Positions 19,639-29,081 of a stretch of 64,000 bases of DNA are shown piece by piece. The stretch comes from a virus (lineage: Duplodnaviria > Heunggongvirae > Uroviricota > Caudoviricetes), in IMG/VR virus record IMGVR_UViG_3300042473_000506; one strand, written 5' to 3'. A model generated the notes under the pieces. The model made no database searches. It saw only the letters and a list, made by a program, of their open reading frames with translations, and was not told the origin of the DNA. Position 1 is the first letter of the stretch. The number at the start of each line of letters is the position of its first letter. Both the position numbers and the translations under genes were made by a program.

Positions 19639-20511
19639 TCAAGTCCACAGGCCATGACGCACCTTGATAAGACGGATCATCATTTCTTCATCTTCGGCTT
19701 CGTATGCCTGCTCAATTTCGTGAGTCTTCATAAGAGCAGCATCGCCTAAGGCACGAGTTTCTGGATTAGCACTTTCTTTCATAAAGCTAAGTCCAGTCTC
19801 GCCGTGTTCTTTGCGCTTGAGTTCACAGTACTCACTCCACCCGCCGGCATCGTGTGCGTCAGGACGGTTTGGATAAACATCTTTCCACCAACGATATAGG
19901 TCAAGAACTTCCTGTGCCTTAACAGCCTGCGGAGTTGGCTTACCAATATTTGGATCACCTTCGGCCCAGCCACTATCTGTATCGTGGCGGAGACTTCGTT
20001 GCCAATCCAGATTGTCGAGTCCAGCTTGTGGACAACGCCAGGTTCTCCAACGGAACCAACCAGTTGCCCAGAATGGGGGATTATACTTAACACTGTCTGC
20101 CTTATCTGCCCAAGCAATTTGCCACCAAGCTAATTCGACTTCAACAAAGTCGACCAGCTCATTAAAAAGACAAGGAAGGAAACGATTACCAACATCACAC
20201 CACTGACCGGGTTTAATGTCTTTAGGGTGTGCAGTGAGACTATGAGTACGAGTAACCCACCGGTTATTAACATAATACTTGATATCATAAATCTTCCTAA
20301 CGGGCCAAGTGACAAAGTCTTGGAGGTGGCCGAGTGCTTCTTCCGCTAGCCAGTAACGGAAATTGTGTTTCATTTGAGCCGCAGTTGTCCAGTCGTCCCA
20401 TTGTTCAGCTGTACCGGCACTAAGTTTCTTAGTACCACGAAGCCAATCTGCAAAAGGACTGCAACTCCAATATTTCGAGTGTTGTGCCATTTTAGTCTTT
20501 CTTTTCGCCAA
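19639..20511 (-). CDS. hypothetical Trp-rich protein
   Basis: 290-aa ORF. Confidence 0.4.
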   Translation of the reverse strand: MAKRKTKMAQHSKYWSCSPFADWLRGTKKLSAGTAEQWDDWTTAAQMKHNFRYWLAEEALGHLQDFVTWPVRKIYDIKYYVNNRWVTRTHSLTAHPKDIKPGQWCDVGNRFLPCLFNELVDFVEVELAWWQIAWADKADSVKYNPPFWATGWFRWRTWRCPQAGLDNLDWQRSLRHDTDSGWAEGDPNIGKPTPQAVKAQEVLDLYRWWKDVYPNRPDAHDAGGWSEYCELKRKEHGETGLSFMKESANPETRALGDAALMKTHEIEQAYEAEDEEMMIRLIKVRHGLWT

Positions 20512-21178
20512 ACAGTTGTAGTAGGCTTAGGAACAAGTTAATAAAATTCAAATACAAGCTCAGTGCTCCGCGAATTTCGGCAACACCATCATTTTCCATT
20601 GATACCTCTTCACGAATACGCTGTGTGTCGTAGGCAGTTAATCCAAGGAACACTAGAATAGCAATGGCCGAAATGACCATTTGAAATACTGTGCTACCAA
20701 CAAAAATATTGATAACGCTGGCAATAATAATGGCAATCAATCCAATTAACAATAGTGATCCAAATCCACTAAGATCCTTTTTAGTAAAGTACCCGTATCC
20801 ACTCATAACACCAAATAGGATCGCACCTCCCATAAAGGCCGATACAATACTGCCCATGTTGTACACCACAAAAATTGTAGCAAAACTAAGCCCCATGAGT
20901 GCTGAAAATATATACAAAAATATCTGTGAGCCCGTTTTACTAAACTTTTCACTGGCTACACTAAATGCCAAAATCAGTAAAAGAGGTGCAAAAATTACTA
21001 TCCATTTCATAATACCAGTGAAGAAAAAGGCCATCAATGCTGCATTAGCACTGACCTGATAGCTAGTAAACATTGAAATCAATACCGCAATTGCCATGTG
21101 CCCATAGACCCGACCCATTGCAGAATTGATCTGCTCTGCGTTTCTATAGACACTATTTTCATAAGTTGTCGAATACAT
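20492..21178 (-). CDS. Bax-inhibitor-1 / YccA (TMBIM) family membrane protein
   Basis: ~7 predicted TM helices, N-terminal 'NAEQINSAMGRVYGHMAIAVLIS' like the YccA/BI-1 start, size 228 aa. Confidence 0.5.
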   Translation of the reverse strand: MYSTTYENSVYRNAEQINSAMGRVYGHMAIAVLISMFTSYQVSANAALMAFFFTGIMKWIVIFAPLLLILAFSVASEKFSKTGSQIFLYIFSALMGLSFATIFVVYNMGSIVSAFMGGAILFGVMSGYGYFTKKDLSGFGSLLLIGLIAIIIASVINIFVGSTVFQMVISAIAILVFLGLTAYDTQRIREEVSMENDGVAEIRGALSLYLNFINLFLSLLQLFGEKKD

Positions 21179-21192
21179 ATATATAATCTCCT

Positions 21193-21432
21193 TTAACCTC
21201 TAATGGTTATTTGTGTTTTATTTACAACGGGACCGTCGCTAACGAAGTCTAATCCAGCCATCTTGCCTTCATAAACTTTACCGTTCCATCTCATTGGCAT
21301 CTTGATGCTTTTATTTAATACAACAGTTAGCCGATCTTTATCTTTAAATTCATAGACGGTAGCATCCACTAACTTACTAGTATTTGCCTGCCGCACTTTA
21401 CATGTTTCACTATGCCTAATTATATCTGCCAT
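21193..21432 (-). CDS. hypothetical protein
   Basis: ORF. Confidence 0.3.
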   Translation of the reverse strand: MADIIRHSETCKVRQANTSKLVDATVYEFKDKDRLTVVLNKSIKMPMRWNGKVYEGKMAGLDFVSDGPVVNKTQITIRG

Positions 21433-21463
21433 ACGACTATTATATAGTAGATTGTACCAAAAG

Positions 21464-21835
21464 TCAATTGGTTTTGGTAATAAACGGAGTTAATTCTGGA
21501 GGCGTCCAGCCCAAAGGTTTAAGCACTTTTCCATCCTCGCGCTTACGCACCTTGCCTGTTTCTTTGTCAATTTTGGCAAAATTAGTTCTCATGACTTCTT
21601 TCCATGCACCCTCTGCATCTGCGCCCATGCTGTGTAATGCTCCTATTGTAACAACTAAAATATCGACTAGTGCATCGACGGTTTCGACTTTATCGTGTTG
21701 GCCTACAGCTTCGCCTAATTCTCTACACTCTTCTTCTATTAGCGTCATGTAAAGGTTAAATTGATCTTCGTTAAAGTTATCAACGGTCTGGTCGCAGGCT
21801 CGCATAAACTTTTCCATATCTCTAAAAACATTCAT
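21464..21835 (-). CDS. MazG-like nucleoside triphosphate pyrophosphohydrolase
   Basis: 'LIEEECRELGEAV...ETVDALVDILVVTIGAL' all-alpha EExxE/D pattern of the MazG/HisE family. Confidence 0.55.
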   Translation of the reverse strand: MNVFRDMEKFMRACDQTVDNFNEDQFNLYMTLIEEECRELGEAVGQHDKVETVDALVDILVVTIGALHSMGADAEGAWKEVMRTNFAKIDKETGKVRKREDGKVLKPLGWTPPELTPFITKTN

Positions 21836-21892
21836 ATTTGGTCCTTTTGTTTTTTATTTTTTCTATTTTGAGCAGCTAGTCTCATTTTTTCT

Positions 21893-22726
21893 TTAGTTTC
21901 GTCGGAATGTGTTTGTCATATATTCCTTGTTGTAAATTAAATTTTTAATACTTTGAGATCTACTCTTAGAACTCTTTTCCCCTAACACTGCTACTGCAAA
22001 CATAGTATCATTGTGCTTGACCAACATTACTAAGCATCTACCTGCTTTGCTGGTAAAGCCAGTTTTACTAATCAACACATTATAGTTTGTAATATCAGGA
22101 TTAGTGTTTCTTACCTGTAATGTTACAGTCTTGTTCCTGTTATTGTCAAACTCTACTTTCTCATTTTCAGCCGATGAAATCTGTGTGATTAGCGTGTATC
22201 TACGCAACCACCATACAAAATTTACTAGATCATTAGCTGTACTAACATTTCCGGCGCCTATACCACTAGCATCTTCAATACGAGTATTTTTTAGACCGAT
22301 GTCGCTTATATGTTCATTGACATAGTTTATAAAGGCAGCGTAGCCACCAGGATGAGCATGTGCTAAACTGTCAGCGGCCCGATTATCGCTGGCGATCAGC
22401 ATGGCCTTGATAAGTTCTATTCGGAGAACCTTGGTCTTATTTGGAAATCGTCCTGTTGTAGATCCTTTGACAACGATTGATTCGTTGAGATCAACTCCAC
22501 TGTCAATTACTGCCATTGCTGTAAATAGTTTAGTAACACTGGCAATTGGTACTACTTGATCTTCTCTAACCGCAGCCTCCATTACTGCATCGGTAAAATT
22601 ATATAGTGCGGCAGTTGTGGCACCTGCGTTTAGAGAGCAGAACAGAAGAAGGATAGTTAGGATTTTCATACATTTATTTAACTTGTCCCCAACGAAGATA
22701 AAACTCGGATAACTTCTTTGCTTCAA
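21893..22726 (-). CDS. secreted D-alanyl-D-alanine carboxypeptidase (peptidase S11 / class-A PBP fold)
   Basis: Signal peptide 'MKILTILLLFCSLNAGA'; SxxK 'SVTK', 'SDN' and 'KTG' motifs in order. Confidence 0.7.
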   Translation of the reverse strand: MKQRSYPSFIFVGDKLNKCMKILTILLLFCSLNAGATTAALYNFTDAVMEAAVREDQVVPIASVTKLFTAMAVIDSGVDLNESIVVKGSTTGRFPNKTKVLRIELIKAMLIASDNRAADSLAHAHPGGYAAFINYVNEHISDIGLKNTRIEDASGIGAGNVSTANDLVNFVWWLRRYTLITQISSAENEKVEFDNNRNKTVTLQVRNTNPDITNYNVLISKTGFTSKAGRCLVMLVKHNDTMFAVAVLGEKSSKSRSQSIKNLIYNKEYMTNTFRRN

Positions 22727-22967
22727 GTTCCGCCATAATAATATACCTATATCCCATCCACATTGAATCCATATGTCTATGCCATTCTGGTTTATCTACA
22801 GCGTGTTTGAATACAAACTGCCCTGCTTCACTACGTTCCCAATCAAACATAGGCCCAGCAGCATATATGTCAGGATCGTCGACATCGGCAAGATTAAACT
22901 TATGCACAACAACCTTGTGAATCTTTTTCACAACATCGCCTTCTACAGTATATCTTACTGAGCCCAT
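22674..22967 (-). CDS. hypothetical protein
   Basis: ORF. Confidence 0.3.
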   Translation of the reverse strand: MGSVRYTVEGDVVKKIHKVVVHKFNLADVDDPDIYAAGPMFDWERSEAGQFVFKHAVDKPEWHRHMDSMWMGYRYIIMAELEAKKLSEFYLRWGQVK

Positions 22968-23284
22968 GATAGATGAAATACAGTTATAAATTTTTCAGCA
23001 TCACTGCGATTTTTAAAATCCCACATGTCCCAAGACATTCGCTTACAGTTGGGCCAATCTTTTAATTTTTCTTCTGTCCATCTAACACAGTTGTCTAGAT
23101 TTATTGAATGAAGATGGTCGTTTACAAATTCCTCTGCCTCGGACGAACCCCAGTCTTCTACAAGTTGTAGCCGCCACCATCTTACACCGGTACCTGTTCC
23201 ATCACAATTAAGTTTAGGTTTAATCACAGAAAGTTTTTTGCTCCACTGAAATATCACCGCCTGCAAATCATCAAGTGCGCTCAT
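22955..23284 (-). CDS. hypothetical protein
   Basis: ORF. Confidence 0.3.
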   Translation of the reverse strand: MSALDDLQAVIFQWSKKLSVIKPKLNCDGTGTGVRWWRLQLVEDWGSSEAEEFVNDHLHSINLDNCVRWTEEKLKDWPNCKRMSWDMWDFKNRSDAEKFITVFHLSWAQ

Positions 23285-23736
23285 GCCTTCTTCTTTTTAA
23301 AGTACCGACGCTTTGGTTTATTGTCTTTTAGATTTAAAGGAGCGTGTTCCATCTCCATTTGACTCTTCTGTAGAGCCGCATGTATTTCTTCCGTGCTAGG
23401 CCCTTCTTCTTCCTCAGATGAGTCAAGACTGGGATGATCATCAAATGCAAAACCAACAGTACTGGCAAATTTAATAGTAGATTCAAAATTACCAAGGTTT
23501 CTTAAAGACCCCACCGGACCTTTTTCGTCTTGACTAATGTTATGCCACGTTCGAATCTCAAGAATAGGTTCAATGTGTGAAGGTACTTCGATAATATAGT
23601 GATCACCGACAGAGTACCCTGCTTCACTTAGGTCAATTACTTTAATAACCTTGCCCTGAACAGGCTTGGTATTGCTTCGGTTAATGCCATATATCCATAC
23701 TGTATCACCTACTGCATATTGTTTTTTAACTGTCAT
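23281..23736 (-). CDS. hypothetical protein
   Basis: ORF. Confidence 0.3.
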   Translation of the reverse strand: MTVKKQYAVGDTVWIYGINRSNTKPVQGKVIKVIDLSEAGYSVGDHYIIEVPSHIEPILEIRTWHNISQDEKGPVGSLRNLGNFESTIKFASTVGFAFDDHPSLDSSEEEEGPSTEEIHAALQKSQMEMEHAPLNLKDNKPKRRYFKKKKA

Positions 23737-23911
23737 GTTTTTCCTTAACGCTTACGTTACCTTTAGACTCTAACATGTCCTTAATGAACTTGATAGCTTT
23801 TCTATCGGTATCGTAAACGTATTCTGCGTCCTCGTCATCGGTCCGCAAAGTTACTACAACACCGTTTTTTACCTTACGGATCTCGATTGACTCAAACATA
23901 AATTCACCTTT

Positions 23912-24643
23912 TTATTTAGGAACACTTAAATTGTAATTGAAGTGAAAGATTCCAATATGAGCTGTTTCACGACTCAACTCTTGATCACACCAGATCTCGT
24001 AACCTGCTTTTTGTGCCTGTTGACAGAAGAAGATATCTTCACCGATTTCCAAATTAAGTTCTGGAATAAACTCTTGCAAGTAATGAGGCTGTGGGATTTT
24101 TTCATATACTTCACGCTTGCAAAGTACTAGACCGTGTGGTAGAACATCGATCAGTTCCATTGCTGGACTATTATCTGTAGTTTGGAATTCACGGAAGTTT
24201 CCGCTAGATCCAACCATACCTGTGAAGTTTGCATTAGGGAAACGACGACGACGATAGTTAGCACCCACAATGTCTTTGTTCCGCTTGAGTAAACGAATAG
24301 GAGCATCGATTGGGAATTTCATGTCACTGTCAACCCACCAGATATAATCAAAGTCACTCTTTAAGAAGATGTCAACTAGGTTACGACGAGCAATAGTAAT
24401 AACACTACCGATATTAAATGCACAATTAATCTTAATACCGTGTGCTACTAGATTAGCAGCCGACATAGCAAGATGTTGTGCAAACTCTGCATTGACCATT
24501 TCCATTGCTGGAACAGCAATCATAATTGATGGCGGTTTACCTCCTGGCTGCGTTGGCATCGCAGTGGTAGTTGGTGCTGTCGGAGCTGCCGGGCGAGCCA
24601 AGTTAGTCGGGCGGCTTGGAATGTTTAATTTACCTTTTTTCAT
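23912..24643 (-). CDS. putative GT-A fold glycosyltransferase
   Basis: 'IMIAVP' Rossmann start and 'WWVDSDMKF' DxD-like motif. Confidence 0.4.
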   Translation of the reverse strand: MKKGKLNIPSRPTNLARPAAPTAPTTTAMPTQPGGKPPSIMIAVPAMEMVNAEFAQHLAMSAANLVAHGIKINCAFNIGSVITIARRNLVDIFLKSDFDYIWWVDSDMKFPIDAPIRLLKRNKDIVGANYRRRRFPNANFTGMVGSSGNFREFQTTDNSPAMELIDVLPHGLVLCKREVYEKIPQPHYLQEFIPELNLEIGEDIFFCQQAQKAGYEIWCDQELSRETAHIGIFHFNYNLSVPK

Positions 24644-24655
24644 TTTTATCCTTAA

Positions 24656-25354
24656 TTATCTAGGTGCGAACTCTTGTTGTAATTTGATGTTATCAAAAAA
24701 TTCTTTCTTTGTAGCTGGATCATCTCTAAATGATCCTTTGAGCACAGTTGTTTGAGTTAATGAACTATGCGCCATGATGCCACGATTCTCACAGCACCCG
24801 TGTACTGCTTGAATGTAGACTGCTACGTTTTCTGAGGCAGTAGCTTTACTAATTTCTCGGGCAATGTCGTTGCAAAGTTCCTCCTGGAGAGTCCCGCGAC
24901 GAGCACACCACTGAGCAATACGAGTGTACTTGCTAAGACCAATAAGTTTTTCTGCGGCGATGATGCCAATGTAAGCGACACCGCTAACGGGCTGATGATG
25001 ATGACTGCACATAGAGCGCAACTCACTACGTACCACCAGCATACCTTCGTATCGGTCTTCTGAATCGTTTGGAAATGCTGTTGCGTCTGGTGCTGCTTCA
25101 TATCTTCCTGCCATTATTTCATTGTAGTACATCTTGGCCAGTCTACGTGCTGTGCCTTTGCTGTTGGGGTCGGTTTCACGATCGATCAACAGTGAATCTA
25201 ACACTTTTTCAAAGGCCTCTGTTGCTTCGTCAATAAGTTCAGGCATAACATTGTTGTCGACATAGTCGCTGATGTTGTCGCCTGCCCAGAAGCGTTTGTT
25301 ATCTTGTTTCATTCGATCGCGGATAACTTGCGATAGATTTTTACTTGTATCCAT
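24656..25354 (-). CDS. folE: GTP cyclohydrolase I (FolE)
   Basis: 'TARRLAKMY', 'SMCSHHHQPVSGVAYIGI', 'LSKYTRIAQWCARR', 'QAVHGCCENRG' match FolE catalytic blocks. Confidence 0.85.
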   Translation of the reverse strand: MDTSKNLSQVIRDRMKQDNKRFWAGDNISDYVDNNVMPELIDEATEAFEKVLDSLLIDRETDPNSKGTARRLAKMYYNEIMAGRYEAAPDATAFPNDSEDRYEGMLVVRSELRSMCSHHHQPVSGVAYIGIIAAEKLIGLSKYTRIAQWCARRGTLQEELCNDIAREISKATASENVAVYIQAVHGCCENRGIMAHSSLTQTTVLKGSFRDDPATKKEFFDNIKLQQEFAPR

Positions 25355-25392
25355 TTATTCTCCGAGTTATTGTCGTGGATGACTTGTATATT

Positions 25393-25421
25393 ATAATACA
25401 TTATTATTTAGGTTCAGTCAA
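25393..25421 (-). promoter_or_regulatory. candidate sigma70-type promoter TTGACT-N17-TATTAT upstream of folE
   Basis: Minus strand 'cTTGACTgaacctaaataataatgTATTATaatatac'; overlaps the 3' end of the UGDH-like gene. Confidence 0.35.
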
Positions 25422-26237
25422 GCGTAGTATTAGATTTTTCTTAACTGCGGAGTCCAAAACATTCATTTGCACACCTTGTTGTTCTGCGTATTTTAATAGA
25501 GCAGAAGTATCTTTTGGAAAGCACATACCGCCAAATCCGAACTCGCCGTCGGGTCCTGGCACCTTCATATGACTATTGCCAATACGACTATCCATTGTAA
25601 TCATACTGGCAATCTTATTATAATCTTGCCCTGTTTTAGTAGCAAGGGCATATAACTCATTCATAAACGTAACCTTAGTCGATAGGAATGAATTGATAGC
25701 ATATTTGCTCAGTGCGGCTTCTTGGATAGTGCAATGCTGTACCTGTTCTAATGCAGTTTGCCCAAGCCGAATAATGCGTTCTGCATCACGCTGATATGCA
25801 CCTACGCTACCGCCGATAATGGCAAACTTGCCATTTATATAATCTCTCTCAGCATTGGCAGCAGTTAGAAACTCCGGAGCATGAACTAGATTAGGGTACT
25901 GATCATTTAGAGTTTGGTACACACTAGGTGGTGCAGTACACTTACTGATAATAACGCCTTTGTAATCTTTAAGTTTTTCTAAGACGTACTCTAATATACT
26001 GGCATCGCATTTGCCATCGTCTCCCATTGGAGTAGGTACGCAGACAAACACGCCTTCGCAGTCGGCGAGATCTTTAAATGTGTGTGAACCTTTTGTTGTA
26101 TCTTTATCAACTAGTATAAGGTCAGTTGAGATTTCCATTGATCTAGCAATGGCACTGCCCACAAATCCTAGGCCCACAATGCCTATTTTTGGGTTATTTG
26201 AAAAAGGGAAATTCATAATATATGTATTTAATGTCAT
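25404..26237 (-). CDS. UDP-glucose/GDP-mannose dehydrogenase family protein, short form (UGDH-like)
   Basis: 'KIGIVGLGFVGSAIA' NAD-binding loop and catalytic-Cys motif 'GFGGMCFPKD'; only ~43 aa follow the catalytic Cys. Confidence 0.7.
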   Translation of the reverse strand: MTLNTYIMNFPFSNNPKIGIVGLGFVGSAIARSMEISTDLILVDKDTTKGSHTFKDLADCEGVFVCVPTPMGDDGKCDASILEYVLEKLKDYKGVIISKCTAPPSVYQTLNDQYPNLVHAPEFLTAANAERDYINGKFAIIGGSVGAYQRDAERIIRLGQTALEQVQHCTIQEAALSKYAINSFLSTKVTFMNELYALATKTGQDYNKIASMITMDSRIGNSHMKVPGPDGEFGFGGMCFPKDTSALLKYAEQQGVQMNVLDSAVKKNLILRLTEPK

Positions 26238-26461
26238 TCACTGAGCCCCATAAAAATAAGTTCACGCTCTGTAACATTGGCAACAGGTTTGAGCCAACCG
26301 TGACGAATACATTCATTGATAATCATCTTGTATTCTTTTGGACAACTTTGATTGATCTCAAATCCTGCTCGAGGTGCCTGCATCAATCCGTCGTAGATTA
26401 CGAATTTAGGATCGCTCTGTTTGAGAGTGCGTATTTGACTTTTGTATAGAGTGTATGTCAT
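26234..26461 (-). CDS. hypothetical protein
   Basis: ORF; TTGACA-N18-TATACT-like element at 26468..26497. Confidence 0.3.
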   Translation of the reverse strand: MTYTLYKSQIRTLKQSDPKFVIYDGLMQAPRAGFEINQSCPKEYKMIINECIRHGWLKPVANVTERELIFMGLSE

Positions 26462-26492
26462 ACTGCTAGTATAGCAGTATTAACATTGCATG

Positions 26493-27227
26493 TCAACGGT
26501 CTATCCAGTCTTTATTACGGTAAGGTTTACCAATGGCTGCTTGCGGTAGATATCGAACTACTTTCTTTTTTAATCGTTGAATAATGGGATGGTTGTGATC
26601 GTGTTGGAATGCTCTTAAATACATTCTCCAACTGTTGTGACGTCGTCTGATGCCTTTTTGGTTTTCACTTAGGTAGTCGACGATTTGGTCCACATCACCT
26701 TTAAATTTGTCTATTAATTCACAAGCGATATTGAATCCGTATGCATCTATTTCATCGGAACAGCCCAAATAACTCTGCTCCATTTGCACTTCTGTTTTGT
26801 TTGCAGTGCTGGCATAATCTGGAATAATTTTAAATTTACGCCTACGATACTGCCTCATGTGTATCAATTCGTGTAGTAGGGTGTCTGCTACTGTATAACA
26901 CATTCCCTTGTAGCGTTTTTTAGTTATGCATATATGCTCGTCAAACAACGAATAAACAAATATTATCTCTACAGCCTTCTTTTTATCTTGGTCCCACTCA
27001 CTATAATATGTTCCGCCCACCCAAACTTGATTGGATTCTACTTTAAAATTAGTACTTCGTTTAAACCTAACTGGCGCTAATTTTTTTAAATGATTGGTAA
27101 TTTTGCTGTGGAATTTTTCTATAGTAAGCTGTTGCCCGACTAATTCCGGATAAAGAGAGTACAGGAAACTGGCGATAGTTTCTCGATCTAGCATAGACCA
27201 ATTGAATCGTACTCTTGGTGTAGTCAT
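26493..27227 (-). CDS. hypothetical HExxH metallopeptidase-like protein
   Basis: 'LLHELIHMRQY' zinc-binding-like motif. Confidence 0.35.
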   Translation of the reverse strand: MTTPRVRFNWSMLDRETIASFLYSLYPELVGQQLTIEKFHSKITNHLKKLAPVRFKRSTNFKVESNQVWVGGTYYSEWDQDKKKAVEIIFVYSLFDEHICITKKRYKGMCYTVADTLLHELIHMRQYRRRKFKIIPDYASTANKTEVQMEQSYLGCSDEIDAYGFNIACELIDKFKGDVDQIVDYLSENQKGIRRRHNSWRMYLRAFQHDHNHPIIQRLKKKVVRYLPQAAIGKPYRNKDWIDR

Positions 27228-27247
27228 GTTTCCACCTTGTAATATAT

Positions 27248-27781
27248 TTAGTTATCACTTACACTTTCATTATGTGCTACTTTAATGACGCTAAGACCAC
27301 TCTTCTCTAAAAATTCTACGCCCGCCATGTCCCTATAACTATTGCGATAGTATACGCTAGATATGCCGCTTTGGTATATAAGTTTGGCACAATCCAAACA
27401 AGGAGCGTGAGTAATAAAAATATCAGCATCACGGCCGCTTTGGCTCGACTTGGCCAGCTTCGCAATCGCATTGGATTCAGCATGTAATACCTCTGGTTTA
27501 GTTTTTAATCCGTAACGAACATTTCGTTGAGCACCTTCGTGCCATCCTTCGTGCGGGTACTTAGCATCGAACTCCTCTGGGTCAAGCCAACCACCTGCAC
27601 CCGAATCCCAAACTTTATCTTCACAGTCATTATCCCAGCCCGCAGGCATTCCGTTGTAGCCGTAGCTAATAACTGAACCATCTTTAACAATAACCGCACC
27701 TACCTGAAGTCTAATGGCGTGGCTAAGTTCAGCAGCTCTTAAAGCCCAATCCATATACATGTCTATGTATTTTTCTTTCAT
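27248..27781 (-). CDS. deoxycytidylate (dCMP) deaminase
   Basis: 'HAESNAIAK...' and 'THAPCLDCAKLIYQSGISSVYY' = H-A-E...P-C-x-x-C zinc deaminase signature. Confidence 0.75.
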   Translation of the reverse strand: MKEKYIDMYMDWALRAAELSHAIRLQVGAVIVKDGSVISYGYNGMPAGWDNDCEDKVWDSGAGGWLDPEEFDAKYPHEGWHEGAQRNVRYGLKTKPEVLHAESNAIAKLAKSSQSGRDADIFITHAPCLDCAKLIYQSGISSVYYRNSYRDMAGVEFLEKSGLSVIKVAHNESVSDN

Positions 27782-28533
27782 TGATAATCTCTGCCGTCTC
27801 TAGAGTGGTACTTTTTATCGGGATCATAGTGGGCAAATTGATCATAATTTGGTTCGTTTGGTAACACTCTTTTACCTACGAACCACTCGCCTATGTGATT
27901 AATTAGTTTTCTTCCATAATAATTTCTAATATTCGCAGACACCATGCCGTACTGTTCGTGTAGTACTTTACCTACAAGCCCTTCATTTAAATTAAAATCG
28001 TAGAATTTTCTATAGTCCACCTTAACCCTATCTAATGAATATAAACTTGCCATGGGACTAAAAATCAAGCTATTTTTTGTATAACGAAAATTCTTATAGA
28101 TATGATCTGATCTGTCAGCAATCGGATCCGTTTCGTGACCGTACCATGCTTGTCTTGCTAACTGAACCTGTCCCAATTCTTGATCTTTTTGCAATAGCTC
28201 TATAAGGTCGGTGACTAGTACAGGTTCTAGTATTTCTACGTCATCTTCTTGGTGCCATATGTAGTCATAATCTCTTTCTTTCATTAGGTCCCAGAATTGA
28301 CTCCATGTTACACTCAACCCTAGATTTTCTGGATGCAAAATAATTTCATTATAGCCGTACAACTTAACCAGCTCTGTGATCATCAAATCGTTTCGAGTTT
28401 TAGGATAATCATCGATGAAAATTTTATGTACTTCGCATCCGTAATAATTTATATTACGCTGTGCTCTTAGTGTACGAGTCAAGTACTCTAGTCTGTTAGT
28501 TGAAAATATTACCTGACAAATTTTATAGGTCAT
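27778..28533 (-). CDS. putative glycosyltransferase (GT-A-like)
   Basis: 'KIFIDDYP', 'HQEDDVE' DxD-like features. Confidence 0.4.
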   Translation of the reverse strand: MTYKICQVIFSTNRLEYLTRTLRAQRNINYYGCEVHKIFIDDYPKTRNDLMITELVKLYGYNEIILHPENLGLSVTWSQFWDLMKERDYDYIWHQEDDVEILEPVLVTDLIELLQKDQELGQVQLARQAWYGHETDPIADRSDHIYKNFRYTKNSLIFSPMASLYSLDRVKVDYRKFYDFNLNEGLVGKVLHEQYGMVSANIRNYYGRKLINHIGEWFVGKRVLPNEPNYDQFAHYDPDKKYHSRDGRDYQ

Positions 28534-29081
28534 TAGATTCTCTCAGTATTAAAGAAGAAAGTTTGGAAAAGTCTGCCAGTTTCGTTGCTGTTACCAAAAT
28601 AATCTAAACTTGCGTGATATAGATCACCTCGATAAATTATTAGCCTGTTGTATTTGTTTCCTACTCTATCAAATTGATCCCATTTAGTATAATCATAACC
28701 TTCGTGGTCTTTGTTAGATCTTCTAAATTCTCCAGTTTCTTTGTGACGATAAAATGCAGTTCCACCTGTATGTGGAGCATCTGGAGTTAGGTAACAAACA
28801 CCTGCCCACATATTATGATGGTCGGCATGTATCCATGTTCTGTCTTGAGCTGTGGCTAATTGAAAGGCTCCGGTGTAACCTTGATCTTCAAACCAGTGAG
28901 TAACCGGCCCTGCAAATGCCATCCAGTATTCGATACAGGATTTAACATCGTCCGGTAGATAAGGTTTAGTTCTTGATCCGGGATAATTTCCTTTTACCGA
29001 GAAGTCTTGAGACAATGCATAATTTCTAACAATGTCTGGGTTCTCATAAAAGTTATCGATAACTAATAATTCTAAATTCAT
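28533..29081 (-). CDS. 2OG-Fe(II) oxygenase (prolyl-hydroxylase-like)
   Basis: 'WIHADHH' (HxD) ... 'RLIIYRGDLYHAS' (distal His, Arg). Confidence 0.55.
   Translation of the reverse strand: MNLELLVIDNFYENPDIVRNYALSQDFSVKGNYPGSRTKPYLPDDVKSCIEYWMAFAGPVTHWFEDQGYTGAFQLATAQDRTWIHADHHNMWAGVCYLTPDAPHTGGTAFYRHKETGEFRRSNKDHEGYDYTKWDQFDRVGNKYNRLIIYRGDLYHASLDYFGNSNETGRLFQTFFFNTERI

Noticed and set aside
26468-26497. TTGACA-N18-TATACT element at the start of 26234..26461 (TTGACA-N18-TATAAT elements also at 2064..2098 and inside some ORFs)
   Set aside because: Placement is inside or exactly at annotated starts with no room for a 5' UTR. Spacing is 18 rather than 17, and such matches can occur by chance in AT-rich DNA.
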